From contig OY970166.1 in assembly GCA_963706595.1 (NCBI GenBank), positions 2,528,001 through 2,592,000 of the forward strand: a DNA stretch of 64,000 nt. Reading direction: 5' to 3'. The notes beneath the pieces were generated by a model, which saw only the letters and a list, made by a program, of their open reading frames with translations, did no database searches and was not told the origin of the DNA. Numbering within the stretch: the stretch's first letter is position 1; every line of letters begins with the position of its first letter. The translations under genes and the position numbers were made by a program. This DNA is from an uncultured cyanobacterium (lineage in GTDB: Bacteria > Cyanobacteriota > Cyanobacteriia > Cyanobacteriales > Nostocaceae). Positions 32,088 to 42,228 of this stretch are shown piece by piece.

Positions 32088-32543
32088 CTAGACATCTTTG
32101 TTGAGATTTTCCAAATGATCTTGCATTCGAGATACCACATTTAGATCATCTGCACCTGCGGGAGTTTTGGATTCAATAATACCTTCTGTCGGACCGCCGA
32201 TTTCTTTCCAGGCAGCTAAACCACCTTTGAGTTCAGAGACATGATTAAATTTAGCATTACGGAGCATTCTAGCGGCTTGGGCAGCTTGTTGATCATTCTC
32301 TCCGTAGACATAAATATCACGATTTTTATCTAAAGATGACGAGCTTCGATCAACCAACTCATCCATTGGCATCGGCATCGCCCCCATAATATGACCCTGA
32401 TTGTAGGTGAGGCGATCGCGCACATCTAAAATTGTAAAAGCTGGTTCGCCCCATTCCAAACGAGACTTAACAGCATAAACGTCAGACTGTGTTTTTACTG
32501 GTGGTTGTGAGGGAATAATAGCATCTAGTGGATTAGTATCCAT
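32088..32543 (-). CDS. Rhodanese-like domain protein (no catalytic Cys)
   Basis: ILDVR, GHIMGA, LKGGLAAW; the active-site loop reads YVYG. Confidence 0.88.
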   Translation of the reverse strand: MDTNPLDAIIPSQPPVKTQSDVYAVKSRLEWGEPAFTILDVRDRLTYNQGHIMGAMPMPMDELVDRSSSSLDKNRDIYVYGENDQQAAQAARMLRNAKFNHVSELKGGLAAWKEIGGPTEGIIESKTPAGADDLNVVSRMQDHLENLNKDV

Positions 32544-32976
32544 AACTTTTTGTGACTATTTTCATTAACATTAATTTAGCAAAATATATACATTCTTCTT
32601 CTCTTTCGCAGGTATGAATATTTGCAACTTCTCTCTACAGATAGATTAGCTTATTGATTTTTTATTATTCAATATCATCTCTACTGAATTGCTGCTGAAA
32701 CCCGTAATCCCACATTGCCAAAACTAGACTTTATCTCTTTATCCCGTCAACATCAGGTCTACAGACCTCTCTATGCAGGATGTAAAATGTAGTTTGATGT
32801 TTTTGGGTGAGATGTCAGGCTGACCGCAGATTACGTTAAGATGAGGGTAATGCTTTCCTGATTGGGTACAGCCCTTCACCGAGGTTAAGTGTTATCCCAG
32901 CTGATCCGGTTTACCGAAGAGTAGCTACCGTAACAAAGATGAATTGCCAGATAAAAAAATAGGCTAAAACGTTATA

Positions 32977-33693
32977 GTGATGCTTCCTGCTACAAATCCT
33001 AAAATTCTGGTTGTAGATGACGATCTTGGTATCCGCAATCTGATACATCGCTTTTTAAGTCGTAAATATCAAATAGAGTTGGCCGCAGATGGCAAAGCAG
33101 CACTGTCCTTGTTTGATCAATTCGACCCGGATTTAGTAATTTTGGATTGGAATTTACCGGATACTAGTGGCTATCAACTGTGTCAAGAAATGCAGAGTCG
33201 CACTAATGTTTTAGTGATGATACTGACTAGCAGGACATCTGAAGCTGATAAAATCAAAATTCTCTCCGTTGGTGCTGATGACTTTTTAACTAAACCGTTT
33301 AGCCTAGCAGAAATTGAACTGAGAGTAGAAGCCCTGTTAAGACGAATTCGCTCTGTTAACTCTTCGCCAACACAACGCCTCGTTTTTCACCAGTTAGCTA
33401 TTAACCCCGATGGGCGGGTGGTAACACTTAAAGATCAACCTCTAAACTTAACAGCACTGGAGTTTAATATTTTACATTTTTTAGCCAGTCATCCTGGTCA
33501 AGCTTGGAGTCGTACCCAGCTAATTCAAAAAATCTGGGGTTGCGAATATGTAGGCGATGGACGAGTGGTTGATGTGCATATAGGACAACTGCGTAAAAAG
33601 TTGGAAATTGATACTACTGTTCCTGAGTTTATTAAAACTGTGCGCGGTTACGGTTACAAGTTTGAATTACCGGAATCTACTGTGATTGGTTGA
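32977..33693 (+). CDS. OmpR-family response regulator
   Basis: REC (VVDDD, LVILDWNLP, KPF) plus winged helix (VDVHIGQLRKKL, TVRGYGY). Confidence 0.93.
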   Translation: MMLPATNPKILVVDDDLGIRNLIHRFLSRKYQIELAADGKAALSLFDQFDPDLVILDWNLPDTSGYQLCQEMQSRTNVLVMILTSRTSEADKIKILSVGADDFLTKPFSLAEIELRVEALLRRIRSVNSSPTQRLVFHQLAINPDGRVVTLKDQPLNLTALEFNILHFLASHPGQAWSRTQLIQKIWGCEYVGDGRVVDVHIGQLRKKLEIDTTVPEFIKTVRGYGYKFELPESTVIG

Positions 33694-33746
33694 GTAGATA
33701 ATTTAGTGTTAAGCTTGGGTTTTTATACCAAACACACTAAAGTACT

Positions 33747-33944
33747 TTGTGTCTCATCAAGCCTCAGAAGAAAACTTCATTTGCTGATTTATCGTTGCAA
33801 AAGTTTTCCCACGGTGAAGATATAGCGAGTTTAGCTGATATTTCTCCCATAGGTGAAATTTGGGACAAACACCGAACCAATGCGGAGAAAATTGCCTACT
33901 ATTACGCTACATCTGGGGAAAATTCCTTCTTGGAGTATGCTTAA
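33747..33944 (+). pseudogene. Possible N-terminal remnant of a rolling-circle plasmid Rep protein
   Basis: LADISPIGEIWDKHRTNAEKIAYYYA resembles the recalled L-x-x-x-S-x(5)-WDKHR-x-N-A segment of cyanobacterial small-plasmid Rep proteins; stops early. Confidence 0.45.
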
Positions 33945-33970
33945 AATCAGAAAATAGCTTCGATATGAGT

Positions 33971-35104
33971 TTATATATTCACTGATTTTTCGGTAGATAT
34001 AATATGTAAATCTATGTGTTTATCTCTAATTAAATCTATGAGTTGTTGAGTAAAAGACTTTTTGAAAATTTTTTCCCATCGGGGCTGCTGGCTTTCACCA
34101 ATAATAATTTGTGTAACGTGATGACCTGCTGCCACTTGAGCAATTTCTTTAGCAACACTTTGGCTTTTAACATATAAAAATTCACCGCCAAACTCTCGGC
34201 ACAATCTCTCACAAGTATCGATATGTAAACTTTCTTCTTTAGTGAGGAATTGTTCGGGATTGGCTACAAATACAGCATACAATCGCCCATTCATATAATT
34301 AGCAATGCGTGCGCCTCGACGTAACAACTGCACTGAATCAGGATAAGTAGATACACATACTAGAACTCTTTCGTGAATGTTACAATTTTGTCCGACTAAG
34401 TTAGAAGTGTTTGCTGTTTCCTCAACTGTATCTGCAACTTCTCTTAAAGCTAGTTCTCTTAACGCGATGAGATTACGACGCTGAAAAAAGTTTTTTAGGG
34501 ATTGTTCGATTTTATCAGGGGAATAAATTTTGCCTTCTTTTAGGCGTTCTTCTAAAGTTTCAGGAGTGACATCAATCACAACAACAGCATCAGCTTCATC
34601 TAATAGGTAATCAGGAATGCGCTCTCGTACCACCACACCTGTAATTCTTGCTACTAGGTCGTTTAAACTTTCTAAATGTTGAATATTCATAGTGGAATAA
34701 ACATCAATTCCGGCTGCTAAAATTACCTCTACATCTTGATAGCGTTTTGCTCGTGGAGAACCAGGAACGTTAGTATGTGCAAGTTCATCCACTAACACCA
34801 GTTGGGGGAAACGTTGCACAATTGCGTCTGTATCCATTTCTTGCAGAGTAACGTTTTGATGGATAATGGCTTTGCGCTTAACTACCTCTAATCCATCAGC
34901 TTTCATGGCCGTTTCTTTGCGCCCATGAGTTTCTAACATCCCGATAACTACATCAATGCCATCTTGTTTGAGTTGATGTGCTTCTTCCAGCATTTTATAA
35001 GTTTTGCCGACACCGGGAGCCATACCAATAAAAATTTTATGTTTCCCGCGTCGGTGAGGACGAATATAGGAACTGTCGGGGGAGGGGGTATGGGAATGAA
35101 TCAT
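33971..35104 (-). CDS. kdpD: Truncated cyanobacterial KdpD (KdpD N-terminal domain plus USP, no kinase)
   Basis: GMAPGVGKTY, ETHGR, VDELAHTN, NIQHLESLND, LRELALR. Confidence 0.93.
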   Translation of the reverse strand: MIHSHTPSPDSSYIRPHRRGKHKIFIGMAPGVGKTYKMLEEAHQLKQDGIDVVIGMLETHGRKETAMKADGLEVVKRKAIIHQNVTLQEMDTDAIVQRFPQLVLVDELAHTNVPGSPRAKRYQDVEVILAAGIDVYSTMNIQHLESLNDLVARITGVVVRERIPDYLLDEADAVVVIDVTPETLEERLKEGKIYSPDKIEQSLKNFFQRRNLIALRELALREVADTVEETANTSNLVGQNCNIHERVLVCVSTYPDSVQLLRRGARIANYMNGRLYAVFVANPEQFLTKEESLHIDTCERLCREFGGEFLYVKSQSVAKEIAQVAAGHHVTQIIIGESQQPRWEKIFKKSFTQQLIDLIRDKHIDLHIISTEKSVNI

Positions 35105-35670
35105 AAACTATCCAAAGCTAGATTTAGCTTGAGAAGATTAACTCCAGGTTCACCGAATATACCCAGAAATCTACCTTCGGTGTTTCGAGATATCAGGTTT
35201 TGAATTTGTTGGGTATCCACATTGCGGACAGCAGCAATCCGCGATAATTGTGCTTGGGCGGATTCAGGGCTGATGTGTGGGTCTAAACCAGAGCCAGAGC
35301 TATAAACTAGGTCAGCAGTGGGTTGAATATCAGCTTGTTTCAACCGTGTGACTTCTGCTTGAATGCGTTCGAGAAGTTCGGGGTTACTGGGTGCTAGGTT
35401 GCTTGCTCCTGATTCACCTGTGGTAGCCACTTCTGGGCTGGTACTGTAGTCAATAACACTAGGGCGGCTCCAAAAATAGCGATCGCTTGCAAAGGGTTGA
35501 CCAATTAAGGCTGAACCGATTACTGTACCTTGATTGTTGGTGATTAAGCTACCATTGGCATGGAAGGGAAAGGCTATCTGTCCACAAATCAGCATGAATA
35601 AGGGATAAAGGAAGGCTGTTAATATCCACAACGCTAAGGTGGAACGAATGGCTTTAGTAATTTGGTTCAT
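35101..35670 (-). CDS. kdpC: K+-transporting ATPase subunit C
   Basis: GSALIGQPF, YFWSRPS, SGASNLAPSN, SGSGLDPHIS. Confidence 0.96.
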   Translation of the reverse strand: MNQITKAIRSTLALWILTAFLYPLFMLICGQIAFPFHANGSLITNNQGTVIGSALIGQPFASDRYFWSRPSVIDYSTSPEVATTGESGASNLAPSNPELLERIQAEVTRLKQADIQPTADLVYSSGSGLDPHISPESAQAQLSRIAAVRNVDTQQIQNLISRNTEGRFLGIFGEPGVNLLKLNLALDSL

Positions 35671-35858
35671 TAGAATTTCTCCGGTTGAAAAATGACAAGG
35701 AATAAATAAGTGCTGACGGCTAAAGTGGCGATTCCTAAAAGTCCAATGGCGTAGGATGCAGCGCGTGATATTTCGTCAGGGGTAGCTGCGTATACGGCTT
35801 GTGCTAGGAATACGTTGAGGGAAAGAGTGAGGAAGAGAAAGAGAGATAATTTTTTCAT
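35670..35858 (-). CDS. kdpG: Small Kdp subunit (KdpG / extended KdpF-like)
   Basis: 62 aa, two hydrophobic segments, KdpF-like end YLFLVIFQPEKF; located between kdpB and kdpC. Confidence 0.75.
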   Translation of the reverse strand: MKKLSLFLFLTLSLNVFLAQAVYAATPDEISRAASYAIGLLGIATLAVSTYLFLVIFQPEKF

Positions 35859-35890
35859 GATTTAAACGCAAAGGGGCGCGGAGATGTCTA

Positions 35891-37958
35891 TTAGGCTAGT
35901 CCTATGGTTGTGATGAAAAGGTCTATGATTTTGATGGCTATGAAGGGAGCTATTACGCCGCCAAATCCGTAGATGAAAATGTTCCGTTGTAGGAGTTGGT
36001 CGGCGGTTAATGGTCGAAATTTTACGCCAGTTAGTGCTAGGGGGATGAGTGCGGGAATGATTAAGGCGTTATAAATTAAAGCTGATAAAACTGCTGATTG
36101 GGTACTTGCTAAACCCATTATATTGAGAGCGCTAACGCCAATTCCTGAGAAGATGGCGGGGAGAATGGCGAAGTATTTGGCGATATCGTTGGCTATGGAA
36201 AATGTGGTAAGTGCGCCACGGGTAATGAGTAGTTGTTTACCAATGGTGACGATATCAATTAACTTCGTGGGGTCGGAATCTAGGTCTACCATGTTAGCAG
36301 CTTCTTTGGCGGCTTGAGTACCTGTATTCATTGCCACACCTACGTTTGCTTGAGCTAGGGCTGGGGCATCGTTAGTCCCATCTCCTGTCATAGCTACGAG
36401 TTTTCCTTGGGCTTGTTCAGTTTTAATGACTTCGATTTTGTCTTCAGGTGTGGCTTCGGCGATAAAGTCATCAACTCCGGCTTCTGCGGCAATTACAGAT
36501 GCTGTAATCCGGTTATCTCCGGTGAGCATGATGGTTTTAATTCCCATGCGGCGCATTTGGTCAAACCGTTCCCGAATCCCGGGTTTAATAATATCTTTGA
36601 GATAAATTACACCGTAGATATCATCATTTTGGCAGAGTGCTAAGGGAGTACCACCTAAGCGAGAAATTCGCTCAAAAGCGGTATCAAGTTCCGGTGTTAA
36701 TTTTCCCTGGCGAGAACGAACAAAGCCTTTAATGGCATCTACTGCACCTTTACGAATTTCTACCCCATTGGATAAGTCAGTACCACTCATGCGGGTTTTG
36801 GCAGAAAATTCAATACCTTCGGCTTGCTTGGTATCAAAATCTAATTTTGCCCCTAGTTTCTCTGCGAGTTTGACAATTGATTTGCCCTCTGGGGTTTCAT
36901 CAAATACACTCGATGCCAGGGCAACTTGCGCGAACATCTGCTATTGCATGACCGTTGATGGGAATAAATTCTTCTGCCAAGCGGTTTCCCAAGGTAATTG
37001 TACCTGTTTTATCTAAAATGAGGGTGTTGATATCTCCGCAGGCTTCTACCGCCCTTCCAGAGGTGGCAATGACATTAAATTGGGCGACTCTATCCATGCC
37101 TGCAATGCCAATAGCGCTTAATAATCCGCCGATGGTGGTGGGAATTAGGGCTACTAGTAAGGCGATGAGTACGGCAATACTTATGGGTGAGTTGACGTAG
37201 ACTGACACTGTAGGTAGTGTGGCAATTACAACCAAAAATACCTGCGTGAGAACTGCCAGCAATACTGTCAGGGCAATTTCATTGGGTGTTTTGCTGCGGG
37301 AAGCACCTTCTACTAAACCAATCATCCGGTCAAGAAAGCCTTCTCCTGGGTCATTTGTCACCCGAATTATGAGTTCGTCGGAGGTGATACGCGTTCCTCC
37401 GGTGACTGAACTGGCAATGTCTGAACCTGGTTCTTTTAATACTGGTGCTGATTCTCCTGTAATTGCTGATTCATCCACGGAAGCTACACCTTTCATTACT
37501 TCACCGTCGGCGGGGATGACATCACCAGCAGTTACTTTGATTGTGTCACCGCGCCGTAAGGCTGTGGAATTTACTTCTTGGAGGGAACCATCGGGGAGAA
37601 TTTTTTTGGCTTTGGCATCGGATTTTGCCGAGCGCAACGCATCTGCTTGAGCTTTCCCTCTTCCTTCGGCTACGGCTTCGGCAAAGTTGGCAAAGACAAG
37701 GGTTGAGAATAATATTAGGGTGATCAGTCCGTTGAATAATCGCGGATTTTCTCCTGGTGTGGGGCCAAATATGTTCGGTGCGATCGTCATCAATGCTGTG
37801 ACGATTGTACCTAGCCAAACTACGAACATGACTGGATTTTTGATCATGTTACCTGGGGACAGCTTGGCAAATGCTTGTTGAAATGCTCGTGTGTAGAGTC
37901 CGCTTGGTTTGGTTTGGGGTTTATGTTTGCGTTGTTTTCGGGGTTTTGTTGTTTCCAT
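35891..37958 (-). CDS. kdpB: K+-transporting P-type ATPase subunit B, frameshifted at about 36933
   Basis: TGES and DKTGT in the 5' ORF; MLTGDN and [11 protein letters not shown] in the 3' ORF. Removing one base in GATGTTCGCGCAA restores ...[11 protein letters not shown]. Confidence 0.93.
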
Positions 37959-38049
37959 TTTGGGGTGAATAAATTAAATTTTTTTCGGGCTTACGCCCCA
38001 CTGCGCTAACACGCAAAGGCGCAAAGGCGCAAAGAAGGAAGAAAGATTT

Positions 38050-39735
38050 TTATCCTCCTGCGGCTAGTTGGAATGCTTCTGCTATGGGGCCTAAGACTAA
38101 GGCGGGGAGGAAAGTAAGTGCGCCCAGGATTAAAATTACTCCGCTTGTCACTCCTGTAAAGAGTCTTGTGTCTGTTCTTAAAGTACCTGTGGTCATAGGA
38201 ACAGGTTGTTTACGAGACATACTATCTGCCAAAAGTAGCAGTGCAATAATTGGTATATAACGCCCCGCCAAAATACTGGCTGTGGCGCTGAGGTTCCACC
38301 AAAGTGTGTCATCACCTAATCCTTCAAATCCTGAACCGTTGTTGGCGGCGGCGGATGCGTATTCGTAAACTACTTGGGAAACTCCATGAAATCCTGGGTT
38401 GCTAATACCTGAGAGGGTGTCAGGAAAGGCGAAGACTATGGCCCAGGGAATCAGGATGGCGAAAGGGTGGACTAATAAGACGACGCTGGCGAGGACGATT
38501 TCTTTTTTCTCGATTTTGCGTCCTAAAAATTCCGGTGTTCTTCCTACCATTAAGCCTGTGAGGAATACTGCCAAAATTAAGTAGATGTATAGAAAAGCTG
38601 TGCCGGTTCCTTGTCCTCCCCAAATGATTTGCAAGAACATATTAAAGAGTGTGGCAAATCCGCCGGTCGGCATTAAGGAATCGTGCATTCCGTTGACAGC
38701 ACCGCACATTGTAGCTGTGGTCATGACTGCCCAAAGTGCTGTTTGCGCCCAACCAAATCTCACTTCTTTTCCTTCTAAGTTGGGTTGCTGTTCTCCTAAG
38801 AGGGGATTAACTAGGGGATTTCCTTGAAATTCGCCTACTGCGGTAATTCCTACTAAGAAAACAAAAATGATAAATACCATCCAAAATACTAACCATGCTT
38901 GCTTACGGTTATTACTAAATACGCCGTAGGTATAAATTAGGGATGCGGGGATGGCAACCATGATGCAGGTTTCTAATAAGTTAGAAAAGCCATTGGGATT
39001 TTCAAAGGGATGGGCTGAGTTAATTCCAAAGAAACCACCACCGTTTTCTCCCAGTTCTTTGATAATTTCAAAATGGGCGACTGGGCCACGGGCAATTACT
39101 TGAGTTGCGCCTTCTAAGGTGGTTACTGTTGCTGGACCGGCTAGGGTTTCTGGTACACCTGCTAATAGTAAAAGCAATCCGCCAACTATTGATATTGGTA
39201 ATAATATCCGGGTGATTGATTGGGTTAGGTCGGTGTAAAAGTTACCTAATGGTCTGCCAGTTAAACCCCGAATAAAAGCTATGGCTACTGCTAAACCCGT
39301 TGCAGCCGAAGTGAACATAAAGAAACCGAGGGCAAATACTTGGCTACCATAGCTATAGGTTGTTTCACCTGAGTAATGCTGTTGGTTGGTGTTGGTGAGA
39401 AAGGAAATGGTGGTGTGCAGTCCTAAATCCCAACTTGGTGCATCTAATCCTGTGGGATTTAATGGCAACCATCCCTGAAACATCAGAATGAAGTAGGCAA
39501 AAATCCCCATGATGAGATTGCTAAACAGCAATTCTTTGGCATATTGCCGACCTGTTAAATTTTCTTGGGGACGTACTCCACTAATGGCAAATATTACTCT
39601 TTCCAAGGGATTAATTATGGGGTCAAGTAGTGTTTTTTCTCCCATGAACACCCGCGCCATGTACCTTCCCAGTAAGGGAGTTGTGGCTATGACTATTAGT
39701 AAGGTTAAAGTAATTTGTATCCATCCTTGTAACAT
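38050..39735 (-). CDS. kdpA: K+-transporting ATPase subunit A
   Basis: [43 protein letters not shown]. Confidence 0.97.
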   Translation of the reverse strand: MLQGWIQITLTLLIVIATTPLLGRYMARVFMGEKTLLDPIINPLERVIFAISGVRPQENLTGRQYAKELLFSNLIMGIFAYFILMFQGWLPLNPTGLDAPSWDLGLHTTISFLTNTNQQHYSGETTYSYGSQVFALGFFMFTSAATGLAVAIAFIRGLTGRPLGNFYTDLTQSITRILLPISIVGGLLLLLAGVPETLAGPATVTTLEGATQVIARGPVAHFEIIKELGENGGGFFGINSAHPFENPNGFSNLLETCIMVAIPASLIYTYGVFSNNRKQAWLVFWMVFIIFVFLVGITAVGEFQGNPLVNPLLGEQQPNLEGKEVRFGWAQTALWAVMTTATMCGAVNGMHDSLMPTGGFATLFNMFLQIIWGGQGTGTAFLYIYLILAVFLTGLMVGRTPEFLGRKIEKKEIVLASVVLLVHPFAILIPWAIVFAFPDTLSGISNPGFHGVSQVVYEYASAAANNGSGFEGLGDDTLWWNLSATASILAGRYIPIIALLLLADSMSRKQPVPMTTGTLRTDTRLFTGVTSGVILILGALTFLPALVLGPIAEAFQLAAGG

Positions 39736-39738
39736 GAA

Positions 39739-40068
39739 TTAAGAAAGCTCCCGATAAGTTATTTTTAGATTTTTAATTGGACATTCTTGGGATGAGTAGT
39801 GAACCGGATGTGTTTTATTTAGGGTAAATTTTAGCTCTGGAACTGAGGCTGCATTTAGAGCAACAGCCAAGATGTAATCTTCACACCAAATTGTTGGTTC
39901 GGCACTTGCTAGGATGATTTGGTTATCTCTAATAATCCCCAAAGCAAAGCATTTTTTTGGTAATTTTAAGCTGGTTAAGGCAATGCCACAATGACAGCTA
40001 TTATTCGTGATTTTTGTACTTGTTAAACCTAATGCCATGTCAGCATTTATCTGATTTATAGAGAACAT
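39739..40068 (-). CDS. Stand-alone TrkA-C (RCK_C)-like protein
   Basis: GIALTSLKLPKKCFALGIIRDNQII...D pattern typical of RCK_C; lies directly upstream of kdpA. Confidence 0.65.
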   Translation of the reverse strand: MFSINQINADMALGLTSTKITNNSCHCGIALTSLKLPKKCFALGIIRDNQIILASAEPTIWCEDYILAVALNAASVPELKFTLNKTHPVHYSSQECPIKNLKITYRELS

Positions 40069-40368
40069 GATCTTGGTTCTCTTGATTTGTAACAATTTTC
40101 ATCATCAATTAATTTCTCTATTAAAGCAAGTATTAGAAGGGTATAAAATGGAGTTTATTTTTCTATATGTAGTGTTTATTTAAAGTATATGTCAGCGTTT
40201 ATGATGTTTAGAGAAGTGTTTATTTTTAGCTAAACGCCCTAAAAAAATCCATTAATAGGTCAAATATAATAAAATAAATAGAATAGAGATGCTATCTGAT
40301 TTTCAGCATCATCGCACTCAGGGAAAACTAAAAATTGGACATTTAATTAGTAATACTTAATTTATTGA

Positions 40369-41494
40369 ATGAGACATCTTATAACTAAACGTTTTAATCA
40401 AGAATCGCGTTTGGGCAAATATTTATTCATTGCTGGTTTATATATATTTGTGATGGTTCTGGAGTTCTCTACGCCCATTCCTTACGTTTTCGGGTATCTC
40501 TACACAGGGCCGATTTTATTGACAAATGCTTGGTTGGGAAGGCGTGCAACTTTTCAAGCTACTCTTGCGGCTGTGTTTTTAACTATGTTAAATCTTGTAT
40601 TGCCAGGAGGTGAAGTGATGAAGGCTTCGACAATTGCTAGTAGAGCAATCGCCTCACTGGCGTTGATTGTCACAGGTATTCTCAGTGATGCCTATGGTGG
40701 GTTGCGTCAGCGTGTCCGGCGTTCTGAGGAGGCGATCGCCTTAACTCGTGCCAAACTAGAAGCACAAGAGGAATTAGTCAGAGTCCGAGAAGATTTTGCT
40801 TCTACACTCACCCACGACCTCAAAACGCCTTTATTAGGAGCAATTGAAACTCTCAAAGCCTTTGAAGCGGAAAAATTTGGCCCCGTATTGCCAGGCACAG
40901 CAAAAAGTTTTAGCGACAATGGCGCGTAGTCATCACACTTCACTACAACTGCTAGAAACTTTATTAGATATCTATCGTAATGATACTGAAGGTTTAGAAC
41001 TTAAGTTAGCACCTGTAGATTTAGCTATGCTGACAGAAGAAGCAGCTAGCACTCTGACTGAGTTAGCAGCAAATCGGCGTGTATATCTCTGTGTTAATTA
41101 TGGTGAATCCGATTGGCGACAATCTTTGTGGGTGAAAGGTGATGCTTTACAACTGCAACGAGTCATCATCAATCTCTTAGTCAATGCCATCAACCATACG
41201 CCCCGCAATGGCCGTGTGGAAGTCGTGTTAGAATCGCAATCTGCCTATCAAGTTGTGAAAATTTTGGATACAGGTGCGGGTATGCAGCCCGAAGAGTTTT
41301 CCCATTTATTTGAACGATTTTATCAAGGACATAGCCAACGCCAAACCAAAGGTTCAGGATTAGGACTTTATCTATCTCGCCAAATTATTACAGCCCACGG
41401 CGGTATAATCTGGGCAGAGAACATATTACCCGTTGGAGCTATGTTTGCTTTTAAGCTTCCTGTCTACCCCTTTCAGTCCTCTCTAACTGCGTGA
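40369..41494 (+). CDS. Membrane sensor histidine kinase, frameshifted at about 40894
   Basis: N-terminal TM helices and H-box THDLKTPL in ORF1; NLLVNA, DTGAG, GSGLGL in ORF2. Removing one G in CCAGGCACAG restores VLPAQQKVL. Confidence 0.88.
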
Positions 41495-41495
41495 G

Positions 41496-42173
41496 ATGCT
41501 GTCTACCCCCATCAAAATTCTCCTGGTTGAGGATGATGAATTATTTCGCTTAGGCTTGCGCGTGCGATTGCAGGAAGAAATTGGACTAGAGATTGTGGCT
41601 GAGGCTGAGGATGGTGAAACCGCGATTGAGTTAGTCAGTCAACACACTTTGGATGTGGTGTTGCTAGATGTGGGATTACCAGGAATTGGCGGGATTGAGG
41701 CTTGTAAACAAATCAAGCAGCAAAATCCTCTTTTACCAATCTTAGTTTTAACTTCTCATTCTCAAAAAACCCTGATTTCGCAGTTGATTGCAGCTGGCGC
41801 TCAAGGTTATTGCCTTAAAGGAATTGCTGCGGAAAAATTAGTATTAGCACTGCGTTCTGTGGCTGTGGGTGCATCTTGGTGGGATGAAACCGCAACAAAT
41901 CAAATTCGTTCTACTTTTAGCTCTGAGTTGTATTCGGAGAATGTATCTAAAACTGTCAATCCTTTGACTCAGCGTGAACAAGAAATTTTGTCATTTTTGG
42001 CAGCCGGAAAAACTAACCAAGAAATTGCCTTGGCATTATATATTACTACTGGAACTGTGAGAGTTCATGTTCATGCTATTTTACATAAATTAGAAGTAAG
42101 CGATCGCTCTCAAGCTGTAATTGTGGCTATGCAAAAACACTTAATTAAAAGTAACTTAATCATCCAAGAATAA
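41496..42173 (+). CDS. NarL/LuxR-family response regulator
   Basis: REC plus LTQREQEIL...TVRVHVHAILHKL HTH. Confidence 0.93.
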   Translation: MLSTPIKILLVEDDELFRLGLRVRLQEEIGLEIVAEAEDGETAIELVSQHTLDVVLLDVGLPGIGGIEACKQIKQQNPLLPILVLTSHSQKTLISQLIAAGAQGYCLKGIAAEKLVLALRSVAVGASWWDETATNQIRSTFSSELYSENVSKTVNPLTQREQEILSFLAAGKTNQEIALALYITTGTVRVHVHAILHKLEVSDRSQAVIVAMQKHLIKSNLIIQE

Positions 42174-42228
42174 ATGTTGTGGGGCGGTCATCCTCCCCGC
42201 CCTTATGACATGAATCAGAACAACAATT

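Noticed and set aside
29957..32543. cynS and the rhodanese-like gene as self-protection for a nitrile or cyanide product of the cassette
   Set aside because: They lie more than 15 kb away among core genes, are common in cyanobacteria, and the rhodanese lacks a catalytic Cys.
32760..32960. GC-richer leader of the OmpR regulator as a riboswitch or sRNA
   Set aside because: I could not match c-di-AMP, c-di-GMP, glutamine or other known consensus by eye; an Rfam/Infernal scan would be needed.
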